DNA of 64,000 bases, taken from the NCBI GenBank assembly GCA_051117555.1, contig JBNPEG010000017.1, forward strand, positions 1 through 64,000, given 5' to 3'. Of the stretch, positions 1 through 9,930 are shown in pieces; within the stretch, counting starts at the first letter, position 1; each line of letters starts with the position of its first letter. The stretch is from Elainellaceae cyanobacterium (GTDB lineage Bacteria > Cyanobacteriota > Cyanobacteriia > CAZCXK01). The position numbers were made by a program, and so were the translations under genes. Under the pieces are notes generated by a model that saw only the letters and a list, made by a program, of their open reading frames with translations, was not told where the DNA came from and did not search any database.

Positions 1-20
1 ATGCGAATCGTGTTGTCCAT
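1..20 (-). CDS. 5' end of a CDS running off the left edge (MDNTIR...)
   Basis: Minus-strand ATG at 20 with GGAGG Shine-Dalgarno 6 nt upstream (27-31); only 6 full codons visible. Confidence 0.45.
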
Positions 21-157
21 GGTCAGCCTCCTAGACAGTCGGCATCTCAATCATCCCATAAACGGCATTTCACTGAGGATGCACTAGGGGTAGCGGTCGA
101 CCACGCCAATTCCGGAAGAGCCAAAAAGTATTGCTTAATCTTTACCAGGAAAATCTT

Positions 158-391
158 ATGCGTGAGGAAGATCAGACAATCTCACCACTATAAGGATGGG
201 CTCACAAAGACGAGCTAACTTGCCCTAGTTGCAACAAAGTGACGATTGTCCAACATGGCTCTCTTTATAAATGTCTGAATTGCGGTTTTCAGCGCGATTT
301 TGTAGCGACTAATCCAAGATCAGTAGATGACAATGCAGGGCTTATGAATGCAGTGGTTGCTGGTTTGCTCACTCTTCTTCTTATCCTATAA
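158..391 (+). pseudogene. Small Zn-ribbon plus C-terminal TM protein interrupted by an in-frame TAA (191-193)
   Basis: AGGA then ATG at 158; reads MREEDQTISPL*GWAHKDELTCPSCNKVTIVQHGSLYKCLNCGFQRDF...AVVAGLLTLLLIL*; CPxC...CxxC and a hydrophobic tail. Confidence 0.55.
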
Positions 392-596
392 GTTATTTTA
401 TTTGTTTTAAGTTTTTATTACTAGAAATCGCCACGGGATGTTTCTAGACCATTCTAATCTCCACAACTAGTACAAACGAACTAAAATAATATTATTTTAC
501 AATATTATAATTGCATATCAAATAAGCTAATTTGGTTTCGACTGTGGCGACCGTGAGAAAGATTTGATTTGAAGTATTTGTTTGGGGTTGCAGCAT

Positions 597-893
597 TTAC
601 TGAGAATCTTTTGACAGACTCCTACGTGCTTGCTTAACCATGTCAATCAGCGTATGGTGAGCATCTTCTGAATCTTGCAGTTCATGATCAAACTCAATGC
701 GCATTGGAATAGTCTGCTCTTGGGTCTGAACAAGCAAATTCATTCCCTGAGCATCAACCCTCAGTAATTGGGCTGCGATCGCATCATCAGCGCTACCAAA
801 TGCTTTTGCATAGAGAACCACCGCCTCAGAGTGGTCATCATTCATATGAGCGCAAATGCGATCGCTCACGTCCGGTGTTAATGGATCAGCCAT
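597..893 (-). CDS. DUF2470 domain protein (HugZ-like heme-utilisation domain)
   Basis: RICAHMNDDH motif; 98 aa. Confidence 0.85.
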   Translation of the reverse strand: MADPLTPDVSDRICAHMNDDHSEAVVLYAKAFGSADDAIAAQLLRVDAQGMNLLVQTQEQTIPMRIEFDHELQDSEDAHHTLIDMVKQARRSLSKDSQ

Positions 894-1004
894 ATATCTC
901 TTTGTTAGCTCTCTTTACTGGTTTATAACACTTGCTTGCCTTGACACACCCCAGACTGATGCGATCGCCACAGGTGCGCGAGTCTAACTTTGTACGGGAG
1001 GAAA

Positions 1005-1121
1005 CTAGAGAATATGGTTGGAATGGAGAAAAAACAGCCCAATCCGAACCAGATTAGTGACAATAAACCCAATCAGCACAATGCTGATAGCCACATTAAG
1101 TGCATTCCGTAGCGATTTCAT
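1005..1121 (-). CDS. Putative 38-aa single-TM small protein
   Basis: Manual translation MKSLRNALNVAISIVLIGFIVTNLVRIGLFFLHSNHIL*; basic N-terminus plus hydrophobic stretch; co-oriented between ndhH and the DUF2470 gene. Confidence 0.4.
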   Translation of the reverse strand: MKSLRNALNVAISIVLIGFIVTNLVRIGLFFLHSNHIL

Positions 1122-1304
1122 ATGAGTTGTTCTTGCAATTGACACATCCGATACCATTGCTACTTTAGCAGCGATGCAATCAATAGGATCGACGCAACCA
1201 GGATTGGATCAAATTCGTACGACTCGCTCTTCAGTCAGATAGTGCTTTAGGGACACCCTAAATAGCATCCCTACTAGAACGAACAATTAGACAATTCAGT
1301 GAGT

Positions 1305-2489
1305 TTAGCGATCGACTGATCCCATAATGATGTCAATGCTGCCCAAAATCGCCATAATATCAGCAACTTTTACACCCCGCAAAATGTGGGGCAGGATCTG
1401 AAGGTTATTGAAGTCGGCAGCGCGAATTTTGAATCGCCACGGAAAGACATTGCCATCTCCAACGATATAGATGCCCAGTTCACCTTTTCCGCTCTCCAAG
1501 CGAACATAATGTTCACCCTCGGGAATCTTAAACGTCGGGGGAATCTTTTTCCCGATAAACTGGTAATCAAAATCGTTCCATTCTGATTTTGGACCAGTCG
1601 CCATCCGTTTAGCTTCTAGATTCTCAAACGGCCCGCCAGGAATTCCTTTCAAGGCTTGACGCAAAATCTTGACTGACTCTCGCATCTCGCGAATACGAAC
1701 AATATAGCGAGCAAAACAATCGCCTGCCGTTTCCCACTGAATATCCCAATCAAAATCGTCGTAGCATTCGTAGTGGTCTACTTTTCTCAAGTCCCACTTG
1801 ACTCCCGAACCACGCAACATCGGGCCTGATAATCCCCAATTGATGGCTTGGTCATGGGTGATCGTACCAATCCCCTCAACTCGACGCCGAAAAATCGGAT
1901 TATTAGTAATCAATTTTTCGTATTCGTCAACCTTGGGCATGAAGTAATCGCAGAAGTCTTCGCACTTATCAATCCATCCGTAGGGCAGGTCAACCGCTAC
2001 ACCACCAATGCGAAAATAGTTGTTGTTCACCATGCGAGAACCCGATGCAGCTTCCCACAGGTCATAGATCAACTCACGCTCTCTAAAGATGTAGAAGAAG
2101 GGAGTTTGGGCGCCTACGTCTGCTAGAAATGGTCCGAGCCAGAGCAAATGATTTGCAATCCGATTAAGCTCTAGCATGATTACGCGAATATAGCTAGCAC
2201 GCTTAGGTACATCGACATCCGCAAGCCGCTCGGGGGCATTAACCGTGATGGCTTCATTAAACATCCCTGCGGCGTAGTCCCAACGGCTAACATATGGAAC
2301 AAACATAATATTGGTGCGGTTCTCGGCAATCTTCTCCATGCCTCGATGGAGATAGCCAATCACGGGTTCACAGTCAACCACGTCCTCGCCGTCAAGAGTG
2401 ACAATCAGCCTCAATACTCCATGCATGGATGGGTGGTGAGGTCCCATGTTGATTACCATGGGTTCTGTTTTGGTCTGGATTGAGGTCAT
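1305..2489 (-). CDS. ndhH: NAD(P)H-quinone oxidoreductase (NDH-1) subunit H
   Basis: [24 protein letters not shown]-terminal [12 protein letters not shown] at 2489 gives 394 aa. Confidence 0.97.
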   Translation of the reverse strand: MTSIQTKTEPMVINMGPHHPSMHGVLRLIVTLDGEDVVDCEPVIGYLHRGMEKIAENRTNIMFVPYVSRWDYAAGMFNEAITVNAPERLADVDVPKRASYIRVIMLELNRIANHLLWLGPFLADVGAQTPFFYIFRERELIYDLWEAASGSRMVNNNYFRIGGVAVDLPYGWIDKCEDFCDYFMPKVDEYEKLITNNPIFRRRVEGIGTITHDQAINWGLSGPMLRGSGVKWDLRKVDHYECYDDFDWDIQWETAGDCFARYIVRIREMRESVKILRQALKGIPGGPFENLEAKRMATGPKSEWNDFDYQFIGKKIPPTFKIPEGEHYVRLESGKGELGIYIVGDGNVFPWRFKIRAADFNNLQILPHILRGVKVADIMAILGSIDIIMGSVDR

Positions 2490-2803
2490 GGGTGAATCGT
2501 CTCCCGATTGCAATAGTTCTCTGGCTAGTCGTTACAGCCCTTAGCTGGGGTTGTAATGAATTGTTACTGCTCTCTTAAATTATAAGAAGGAATCGATGAA
2601 TGCGAGGCGGAATCAGCAATATATCGATTAGATTTTGAACGATGAATAATCGGCTAAAAATATTTAGGCTCATTCTGCGCGATCGCCCTATCCAACATAA
2701 GGATATTTTCTCAAACCCTGACGCAATTCTGACACAACTAAGGATTAGAAGTTCTGTCGTAAACCATAAGCTACCCTAAAAGTCGGTAAGGAACAAAATC
2801 ATT

Positions 2804-3679
2804 ATGATCACAGGCGACAAGGCGAGCCAATTTTTTCACATCCCGGTTATGGGTCGAGAGGTTGTAGAGGGGCTAGCTGTCCAATCGGGGGGGCATTATC
2901 TAGATGCGACCGTCGGTGGAGGAGGACACAGCAGACTCATCTTAAATGCGGCTTCTGAGGTTCGTGTCACAGCAATTGATCAAGATGATGAGGCGATCGC
3001 CGCTGCTCAAGCTCACCTACAGGATTACAGCGGCCAAATTCAATTTTGGCGGGGCAACTTTGCCGACTATGACCCGAATGAGTTGAAATTTGACGGCATT
3101 ATTGCCGATCTAGGCGTCAGCTCTGCTCAATTTGATATCCCTGACCGCGGGTTTAGCTTTCGACATGATGCCCCCTTAGACATGCGTATGGATCACCGTC
3201 AGTCTCTAACGGCGGCAAATATTATTAATAGTTGGGATGAGGAAGACCTTGCAAATATTCTTTACACCTATGGTGAAGAGAGACTATCTCGCCGCATCGC
3301 ACGGCGAATTGTTGAACGCCGACCTTTGCAGAGCACAACCGACCTTGCAGATACAATTTTTCACAGCGTTCCTCGGCAATATCGATATGGCAGAATTCAT
3401 CCAGCCACGCGGACGTTTCAAGCCCTTAGGATTGCAGTAAATAAAGAATTAGAAGTACTGGAACTATTTTTATCAAAGGCTCCATCGTGGCTCAAGACCG
3501 AGGGAAGACTCTGTATCATCAGTTTCCACAGTTTGGAAGACCGTATTGTTAAACATACGCTACGCTCCAATCCAATGCTTCAGGTGCTCACCAAAAAGCC
3601 AATGTTGCCCCAGGCTGATGAAATCGCTCAGAATAGCCGTTCCCGATCTGCTAAGTTGCGCATTGCAGCCCGAGTATAG
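2804..3679 (+). CDS. rsmH: 16S rRNA m4C1402 methyltransferase
   Basis: [52 protein letters not shown]. Confidence 0.96.
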   Translation: MITGDKASQFFHIPVMGREVVEGLAVQSGGHYLDATVGGGGHSRLILNAASEVRVTAIDQDDEAIAAAQAHLQDYSGQIQFWRGNFADYDPNELKFDGIIADLGVSSAQFDIPDRGFSFRHDAPLDMRMDHRQSLTAANIINSWDEEDLANILYTYGEERLSRRIARRIVERRPLQSTTDLADTIFHSVPRQYRYGRIHPATRTFQALRIAVNKELEVLELFLSKAPSWLKTEGRLCIISFHSLEDRIVKHTLRSNPMLQVLTKKPMLPQADEIAQNSRSRSAKLRIAARV

Positions 3680-3739
3680 CCCAACGAGCTTAGATTCGTG
3701 AGAGCCCCACCGTGCTCAACTCAAGCGCATACCACTATA
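3675..3739. repeat. TATAGC-family dispersed repeat (partial), overlapping the rsmH stop
   Basis: TATAGC...CTCAAGCGCATACCACTATA; 3' part resembles copies at 18096 and 32576. Confidence 0.6.
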
Positions 3740-3748
3740 ATCATTCCT

Positions 3749-3783
3749 AAAAAATTTAGGACTACAGAATATTCTGTAGCCCT
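3749..3783 (-). terminator. Intrinsic terminator downstream of cysC
   Basis: Minus strand AGGGCTACAGAATATTCTGTAGTCCT hairpin followed by AAATTTTTT. Confidence 0.6.
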
Positions 3784-3850
3784 GAGCGCTTACTCTCGCA
3801 GGATTGATCGGCAGATTACAGCAATCTGAGAGCTTTATATCTCTGGTATG

Positions 3851-4417
3851 CTATAACGCTTTGCTGACGGTTGCGGGCACAGATGGGATGTAGCCCATGT
3901 TCTGAAGAGTAGCGAATACTTTATCAACGCTCTCATCTAGGGCTTCTTGATCGGTTCTGCACTCAATTTCTGCACTCAACGGAGCCTCATAGGGGTCATC
4001 GATTCCAGTGAATCCCTTGATTTCTCCCGCTCTCGCTTTCTTATAGAGTCCTTTAACGTCTCTCTCCTCGCAGACTGATAACGGAGCGTTTGCAAAGACC
4101 TCTATGAAATCCCCAATTCGATTTCGAACTTCTTCTCGAATTGCTCGATAGGGGGAGATGGCCGACACCAAAACGATGACTCCATTGCGGGTCAATAAAT
4201 GGGCTACGAAACCAATCCGACGAATATTTTCGTCTCGGTCTTCTTTACTGAAGCCTAAGCCCTTAGTTAAGTTTTGACGAACAATATCTCCGTCGAGTAC
4301 TTCAACCTTCAAGTTATGTTCGCGGAGTTTCTGCTCTAGAGCCATCCGAATGGTGGTTTTTCCAGATCCGCTTAATCCGGTGAACCAAACTGTCACACCG
4401 CGTTGGTCTGTAGCCAT
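3851..4417 (-). CDS. cysC: Adenylyl-sulfate kinase
   Basis: [30 protein letters not shown]. Confidence 0.96.
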   Translation of the reverse strand: MATDQRGVTVWFTGLSGSGKTTIRMALEQKLREHNLKVEVLDGDIVRQNLTKGLGFSKEDRDENIRRIGFVAHLLTRNGVIVLVSAISPYRAIREEVRNRIGDFIEVFANAPLSVCEERDVKGLYKKARAGEIKGFTGIDDPYEAPLSAEIECRTDQEALDESVDKVFATLQNMGYIPSVPATVSKAL

Positions 4418-4693
4418 TACTTAATCCCTCTCATGTAGCAATCTGACATTACAAAGTGGCGCGCTGAATGCGTCGTTAAACTCCAAAAATATAATTTTAC
4501 TAATCTTTGTACTCGTAATTCTTCCGTACTGTAAAGCCCTTTATGGGAAAACCAAGCCATCGTTGGGGAGAATTTATTCAATCTTTGAACGAGTAAATTG
4601 ATTTATAAATTCCCAATGAGGGCGTCCCTAGCTATTTACAATACGACCCCAATCCCAGGATTGGAGTGGCGATGCTAATTCTGATTCGGGGAT

Positions 4694-5839
4694 TTATTCG
4701 GGTATGATTTCTGTAACAACCCGACCACCACTAACGACGATAGTCTGGTCTTCAAGTTTCCCGACTGCTCGTCCTCCTCGCAAGTTTAGAACCGGATCAA
4801 CTTGTTGGTACGTTACATTGCCTTCAGCTTCCAGGTTTTGGGTTGCTACGTTCCAAGTTAGTCGGTCAGAGGTGAGTTCGGATTGATTCCGTTGTGCGAC
4901 GGCGCGAACGTTGCCGATAAAGTTAAAGACTTCGGTGGCTAGGTTGCCTCGACCCCGATTCGCGGTGATGGTAGTTTGTTGCGCCCGATGGACAATTGTT
5001 ACAGGCTGATTCGCAACAACGGTTTGATCATCCATGTCCCAGACTAAAGAATTTCCGGTGACTCGAAGCGGTGGATCTTGCAATATAATCAAACCGTTTT
5101 GCTGAAGGGTCGCAGTTTTTGTTGCAAGATTAAATTCGGCTTGATTTGCACTCGCTTGATCGATGGGCCGCTGATTCTGAAGTCGCTGAACCCGGAACGG
5201 GCGATCGCTAATGACTTTTTCTTGATCGATCCGCCAGATGAAATGCTGCCCTTCTAAGCGAGTATCTTGATTGTCTGTAGTTGCAACAATATTGCCCGTG
5301 AGCTCGATTCGTTGTTCATCAATAAATGCTTTCGCCTCATCTGCTGAGAGGTTAAATTCGGGGTGAGTACCCGTTACATTATTGCGAACGACAACAACGT
5401 TTTCTTCCGGTAACCACTCCACTTCATCGCCCTTGAGAACGGCACCACTATCTAGATCGGTGGCAACAACCGAACCTCGCAGAAATAGCTGCTCTCCGCC
5501 CTCTCGAACTTCTCCCCTCTCTGCCTCGAAACTAATCGCAGGTTCACCTTCCCGAAAGAAATCTCCTTTCGGATTTTCAAGTTCTGCAAATTGCCGATTC
5601 TGGCTATAGGTTGCCTGCTTAGAATCGATTTTCCAGAGCGTTTGCCCCTCTTCGTTCGATTGCTCTAGCGTAATGTTGTTGAATGTTAAATCAGACGTTG
5701 GCTCATCTTCAGAGGTGTCAGACGTCGGCGCATCGTCTGCTGCGCGATCGCGATCGCCTCGGCAAGTGGCCGTACCCAACGAAACCAACATTAACAAGAA
5801 CGGCACAGCCAGTATCTTAATCCAGCGAACTCTGCTCAT
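4694..5839 (-). CDS. lptC: LptC-family LPS export periplasmic protein (cyanobacterial long form)
   Basis: N-terminal signal/TM with Cys; repeated beta-jellyroll-like segments; next to the NYN gene as is usual in cyanobacteria. Confidence 0.75.
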   Translation of the reverse strand: MSRVRWIKILAVPFLLMLVSLGTATCRGDRDRAADDAPTSDTSEDEPTSDLTFNNITLEQSNEEGQTLWKIDSKQATYSQNRQFAELENPKGDFFREGEPAISFEAERGEVREGGEQLFLRGSVVATDLDSGAVLKGDEVEWLPEENVVVVRNNVTGTHPEFNLSADEAKAFIDEQRIELTGNIVATTDNQDTRLEGQHFIWRIDQEKVISDRPFRVQRLQNQRPIDQASANQAEFNLATKTATLQQNGLIILQDPPLRVTGNSLVWDMDDQTVVANQPVTIVHRAQQTTITANRGRGNLATEVFNFIGNVRAVAQRNQSELTSDRLTWNVATQNLEAEGNVTYQQVDPVLNLRGGRAVGKLEDQTIVVSGGRVVTEIIPE

Positions 5840-5922
5840 GCACGATTAGCCTTAACGAGCATTCCTATTTCTAGGATAGACGGTTATTTGTCTGAGTTGG
5901 GTTCTTGATTGTTCGGTGCTCA

Positions 5923-6531
5923 CTAGGAGTCAGCTTGATCGTCTACGATGCTGATCCCCGATAGAGGCCGATAGGTATAGCTTTGTCGAGGCGTTTTCTG
6001 AATGTCTTCTTTGATGCCATCCAAATCGATATAGCGATCGGCCACATTAATTAGGCTATCGCTGGTCATTGACCGCAAACTAACAACTTCAACGCGAACT
6101 CCTCTGTAGCTAACTGAATCAACAGCATAGGCTAAATCGCCATCGCCACTGACTAACACTGCTGTGTCATAAGACCCGACAAGCGCCATCATATCGACCG
6201 CAATTTCGACATCCAGATTAGCTTTTTTAGACCCATCAGGAAGTTGAACTAGATCTTTTGAAATCACGCGATAGCCATTGCGCCGCATCCACAGCAAAAA
6301 TCCCTGCTGCTTTTCATTCGTGCGATCGACGCCGGTGTAGAAAAAGGAGCGAAGCAGCCGAGAACCTGCCGTTAAGCGGCAAAGTAGCTTGGTGTAATCA
6401 ATTTCAATTCCTAACTGAAGAGCCGCATAGAACAAATTAGAACCATCAATGAAGATGGCAACTCGACCCCGATTTTCTAGTACTTGTTCAGGAGTAAATA
6501 CGGAATCATTTTCTAGGTTGCTACTAAACAT
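5923..6531 (-). CDS. NYN-domain LabA/LalA-family protein
   Basis: AIFIDGSNLF, KANLDVEIAVD, LVSGDGD motifs. Confidence 0.9.
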   Translation of the reverse strand: MFSSNLENDSVFTPEQVLENRGRVAIFIDGSNLFYAALQLGIEIDYTKLLCRLTAGSRLLRSFFYTGVDRTNEKQQGFLLWMRRNGYRVISKDLVQLPDGSKKANLDVEIAVDMMALVGSYDTAVLVSGDGDLAYAVDSVSYRGVRVEVVSLRSMTSDSLINVADRYIDLDGIKEDIQKTPRQSYTYRPLSGISIVDDQADS

Positions 6532-7298
6532 TTTTTATGTATGCCTCGTTTTTTTATTAAAACTTGCGAATTGTCGCTTTCGAATGTGTATAGAAACTTA
6601 CGCTTTTTGTTGGAAAATCTGCTGCTATCAATGGGGAGTACTAGACTTTTTAAAGGTGAATTGGGGATCTTTAAAGAATCGACGGACAGATGGAGATGTG
6701 ACTCTTGAAAACGATCAGGAGGATATAAAATTAAACCCGTGCATTGACTGAAACTGAGCCTAAAAGCAAGTCGTTGACAGCTCATTTTGCTGGCATTGGG
6801 AATGATGGATAAAAGTCGATAAGCAAATGATCTGCCTAACCCTGGCATCGCATAAAGGTAGCGTAGCACCTCTGACTTGAATACTAATCCTCTGGACTTA
6901 ACAATATTATCTAGACTATCGACTTCGAGTAGCTTGAGAATAGTGCGATCGCCATAGTGTCTAGACAATTTGGAGACACCATTGGATAAATTTCCTAAAT
7001 TATGGACTAAACTGGCTTCCAGAATATTGACGCAGCGATCGCCTCTAAAGTTTTCGGGGGTGTCAGTTTTTATTTTCCCCGCACGATAAAACCGAGGCAT
7101 CGCCATCCCAATTTTTTGCCCATGTGCATATCGCCTAATTCTTGGACGCTCAATCGCAGGAACCCTCTGTAAAAAACAAGAAGGAGCAAGCCCCACTGTC
7201 GCAACAGCGGCATCAGTGCTGTCTATATGACAGTCAGTCACGTAATCACGAATTGCCGTGACTGCGCGTTTAAATTGACCTGTGGATTGGAAACTCAT
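6513..7298 (-). CDS. Orphan 261-aa ORF, possibly spurious
   Basis: Only its length supports it; no recognisable motif; overlaps the NYN start by 19 nt. Confidence 0.2.
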   Translation of the reverse strand: MSFQSTGQFKRAVTAIRDYVTDCHIDSTDAAVATVGLAPSCFLQRVPAIERPRIRRYAHGQKIGMAMPRFYRAGKIKTDTPENFRGDRCVNILEASLVHNLGNLSNGVSKLSRHYGDRTILKLLEVDSLDNIVKSRGLVFKSEVLRYLYAMPGLGRSFAYRLLSIIPNASKMSCQRLAFRLSFSQCTGLILYPPDRFQESHLHLSVDSLKIPNSPLKSLVLPIDSSRFSNKKRKFLYTFESDNSQVLIKKRGIHKKCLVAT

Positions 7299-8013
7299 GA
7301 AAGAAATAAAACAATATCTTTAGCAGACGCCCTCAGTCATATCGAAGTCAGGTTTAACTAAGCCAACCCAACGTCTTTAATCAACCCACTGGAAATCGTT
7401 GTCGAGAGTTTTGATTGTGCAAGAGATTTAATCGTCGAGAGATTTAATCAAACATAACAAAAGCGATAGTAATGACTATTTTACTCGTTGAACTTATTAA
7501 AAATTATTCAAATACTCTTAAAATTTGAATCTATCCGATACGACCCGATGGAATTGTATTTTTCTTTGAAAATTAGTTCTTGGAGGACGCTTTAAAAGCC
7601 TGGTTATTTGGAGCTTTAGCGGCTAAAAGTCTCTTGGCAGAGACGCTGCGTGTTGTATGTTGCTTGGGAAACGCAACTGCCAAACTCTCGGAGGCTTGCC
7701 AAGTCTATGAGAGTACGTGAACGCGCACGTTGGATGTGTAGTCGCGGTTTATTTCTTGAAAAGCCGCTTTGTGTCTATGCTCTCGGAGCCGTTTCAAATA
7801 TCTCTCTAGGCTATTTGTATAGCAGGGAAGTCTGTTGTATTCATATACACATCTCGAACGAAGCCATGCCCAGCTATACACATCACAAATAGATAGGGCT
7901 TTCCACTTATTAGGTCGCCCGTTACGAATTAGCTATGGATTGATGACCGCTATTTAACAAATATTTAGCGAATGCAACACGTTCTGGCTTGCTTGGCGTC
8001 TACACGCGCTAGC

Positions 8014-8049
8014 CAGGTAAGAGCTAGGGATCAGGTAAGGGCTAGGGAT
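8014..8049. repeat. 18-bp tandem duplication
   Basis: CAGGTAAGAGCTAGGGAT followed by CAGGTAAGGGCTAGGGAT. Confidence 0.8.
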
Positions 8050-8169
8050 CGTGTTCCTAGCAAACGAGATTGCTAGAGTAGAGCTTGCCTCTCAAAGGGT
8101 TAATTGCATAACTCAAGACCTGGATTCAGCCGCACCCACCATGAAATCAAAAGCGATCGCCCTATATTT

Positions 8170-8187
8170 TTTGTAAAATATTGTAAA
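8170..8187 (-). promoter_or_regulatory. HLR1 (RpaB) binding site upstream of the acyltransferase gene
   Basis: Minus strand TTTACAAT-AT-TTTACAAA matches (G/T)TTACA(T/A)(T/A)-N2-(G/T)TTACA(T/A)(T/A) exactly. Confidence 0.65.
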
Positions 8188-8266
8188 GCTCCTAATGTAA
8201 TTCAAATTTCATAGGGTTCGAATTTTCCTGGTTTCCAACCGCAGCATATTTTTCCTTTGATTCTAC

Positions 8267-8986
8267 ATGCCATCCAATAGTCCGCTTTTTCTTTCCCAAC
8301 ACCTTCTATCTGCGTTGGGAACTCAAACATTCACATATTACGAAGATCGTATTCCGGAAGATGGAGCGGTTTTGGTCGTTAGTAATCATCGCAGCTTTAT
8401 GGACGTTCCCGTGCTAATAGCAACGCTGAATCGTCCCGTTCGGTTTGCGTGTCATCATTACATGGGACAGGTTCCGGTGCTGAGTGATGTCGTAACCCGA
8501 CTGGGATGTTTCCCCTTAGCCGAACCAAACCAGCGACAGCGGAGTTTCTTCCATCAGGCCGCTCAGCTATTAAGAACGCGGCAGACAGTTGGCATCTTTC
8601 CCGAAGGAGCGCAGCCCATGGTGAACCGCACCCAACCTTATGAAATGCGATCGTTTCAGAGAGGGTTCGCTCATTTAGCGTTACGTGCTCCTATCAAAAG
8701 CTTAGCCGTCCTACCTGTGGCGATCGCCTCCACGGATGAAACTGTGAATTCTGTATTTCCACTCCGGCTCCTGCGCCTATTTGATCCATCAGAACCTCTC
8801 TTTGATCAGCCGGGGTGGCATCCCATGGTGGTTTACAACCGAGTCAATATTTTGGTGGGTCAACCTCTTTGGATTACGGATGCTCAACGGAGTAACTACG
8901 GGGGAAAGCAAGCCAAGTCTATGGTGGCTGGGTTAACTGATTACTGTTCTCAGCAGATTAAATCGTTGTTGGAAACGGGGAGGTAG
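8267..8986 (+). CDS. PlsC/LPLAT-family acyltransferase
   Basis: NHRSFMD (HxxxxD) and IFPEG motifs. Confidence 0.9.
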   Translation: MPSNSPLFLSQHLLSALGTQTFTYYEDRIPEDGAVLVVSNHRSFMDVPVLIATLNRPVRFACHHYMGQVPVLSDVVTRLGCFPLAEPNQRQRSFFHQAAQLLRTRQTVGIFPEGAQPMVNRTQPYEMRSFQRGFAHLALRAPIKSLAVLPVAIASTDETVNSVFPLRLLRLFDPSEPLFDQPGWHPMVVYNRVNILVGQPLWITDAQRSNYGGKQAKSMVAGLTDYCSQQIKSLLETGR

Positions 8987-9082
8987 CTAATGGTTTATAT
9001 CTGAGTTGGGTGATGGCGCTACTTCACCCCATTAACACCCCGTCCTAGCTGGGATCACGCTGACTGTAGTTGATCCCCGATA

Positions 9083-9925
9083 ATGTCGATATCTGCCGAA
9101 ATTTTTATGCCAGTTGCTCAACATCAACTCCAATTTTTGCCATTGCGTAAGTCATATCCTGAGGCGCCGCTATTCATATTTCTACCGGGAATGGACGGCA
9201 CGGGACAGTTGCTGCGATCGCAAATTGGGCGACTCGAAGATCGGTTCGAAGTCCGCTGTTTGATGATTCCCGCTAATGACTTAACGGACTGGAATGGGCT
9301 TGCTGATCAAGTAATTGAGCTAATCCGAGCAGAGGTGGGCAAAAATCCTCAGCGAATAGTGTATCTTTGCGGCGAGTCCTTTGGCGGGTGTCTTGCGCTC
9401 AAAGTTGTTCTCAAATCCCCCCGTCTTATTCATCGTCTGATTTTGGTTAATCCTGCATCTTCATTCAACCATCGACCCTGGATGTCATGGGGATCACACC
9501 TCGTTCGGTTTCTCCCAGAATCGCTATATCCAATGTCATGCAATGGGTTGCTACCTTTTTTAGCAAATCTTGAGCGAATAGACGTGAGCAATCGACAGGC
9601 CCTTCTTGATGCGATGAAGTCAGTTAGCTACGAAAGTTCGATTTGGCGTTTATCACTTCTCCGAGATTTTCATATCGCAGATGTTGATCTCGCCGGTATT
9701 CTTCAACCTGTCTTATTAGTTGTCGGTCAAGCGGATCGCCTGCTTCCATCGATGGCTGAGGTTGAGCGTCTCGAAAAACTAATGCCCAATGCCCGAAAAT
9801 ATGTCTTACCTGGGAGTGGTCATGCCTGCCTGCTCGAAACAGGAGTGAACCTCTACGAGATTTTGCAAGATGCTGATTTTTTGAGCGATCGCGTAATGTC
9901 GATATCCCCATCAGCCCCTACTTAG
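9083..9925 (+). CDS. Alpha/beta hydrolase (ELT/PES N-domain-like)
   Basis: LPGMDGTG, GESFG nucleophile elbow, LVNPASSF, SGHACLLE. Confidence 0.88.
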   Translation: MSISAEIFMPVAQHQLQFLPLRKSYPEAPLFIFLPGMDGTGQLLRSQIGRLEDRFEVRCLMIPANDLTDWNGLADQVIELIRAEVGKNPQRIVYLCGESFGGCLALKVVLKSPRLIHRLILVNPASSFNHRPWMSWGSHLVRFLPESLYPMSCNGLLPFLANLERIDVSNRQALLDAMKSVSYESSIWRLSLLRDFHIADVDLAGILQPVLLVVGQADRLLPSMAEVERLEKLMPNARKYVLPGSGHACLLETGVNLYEILQDADFLSDRVMSISPSAPT

Positions 9926-9930
9926 TAAAC

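Noticed and set aside
2550..2567. HLR1-like site upstream of ndhH
   Set aside because: GTAACAAT-TC-ATTACAAC has three mismatches to the consensus; too weak to call.
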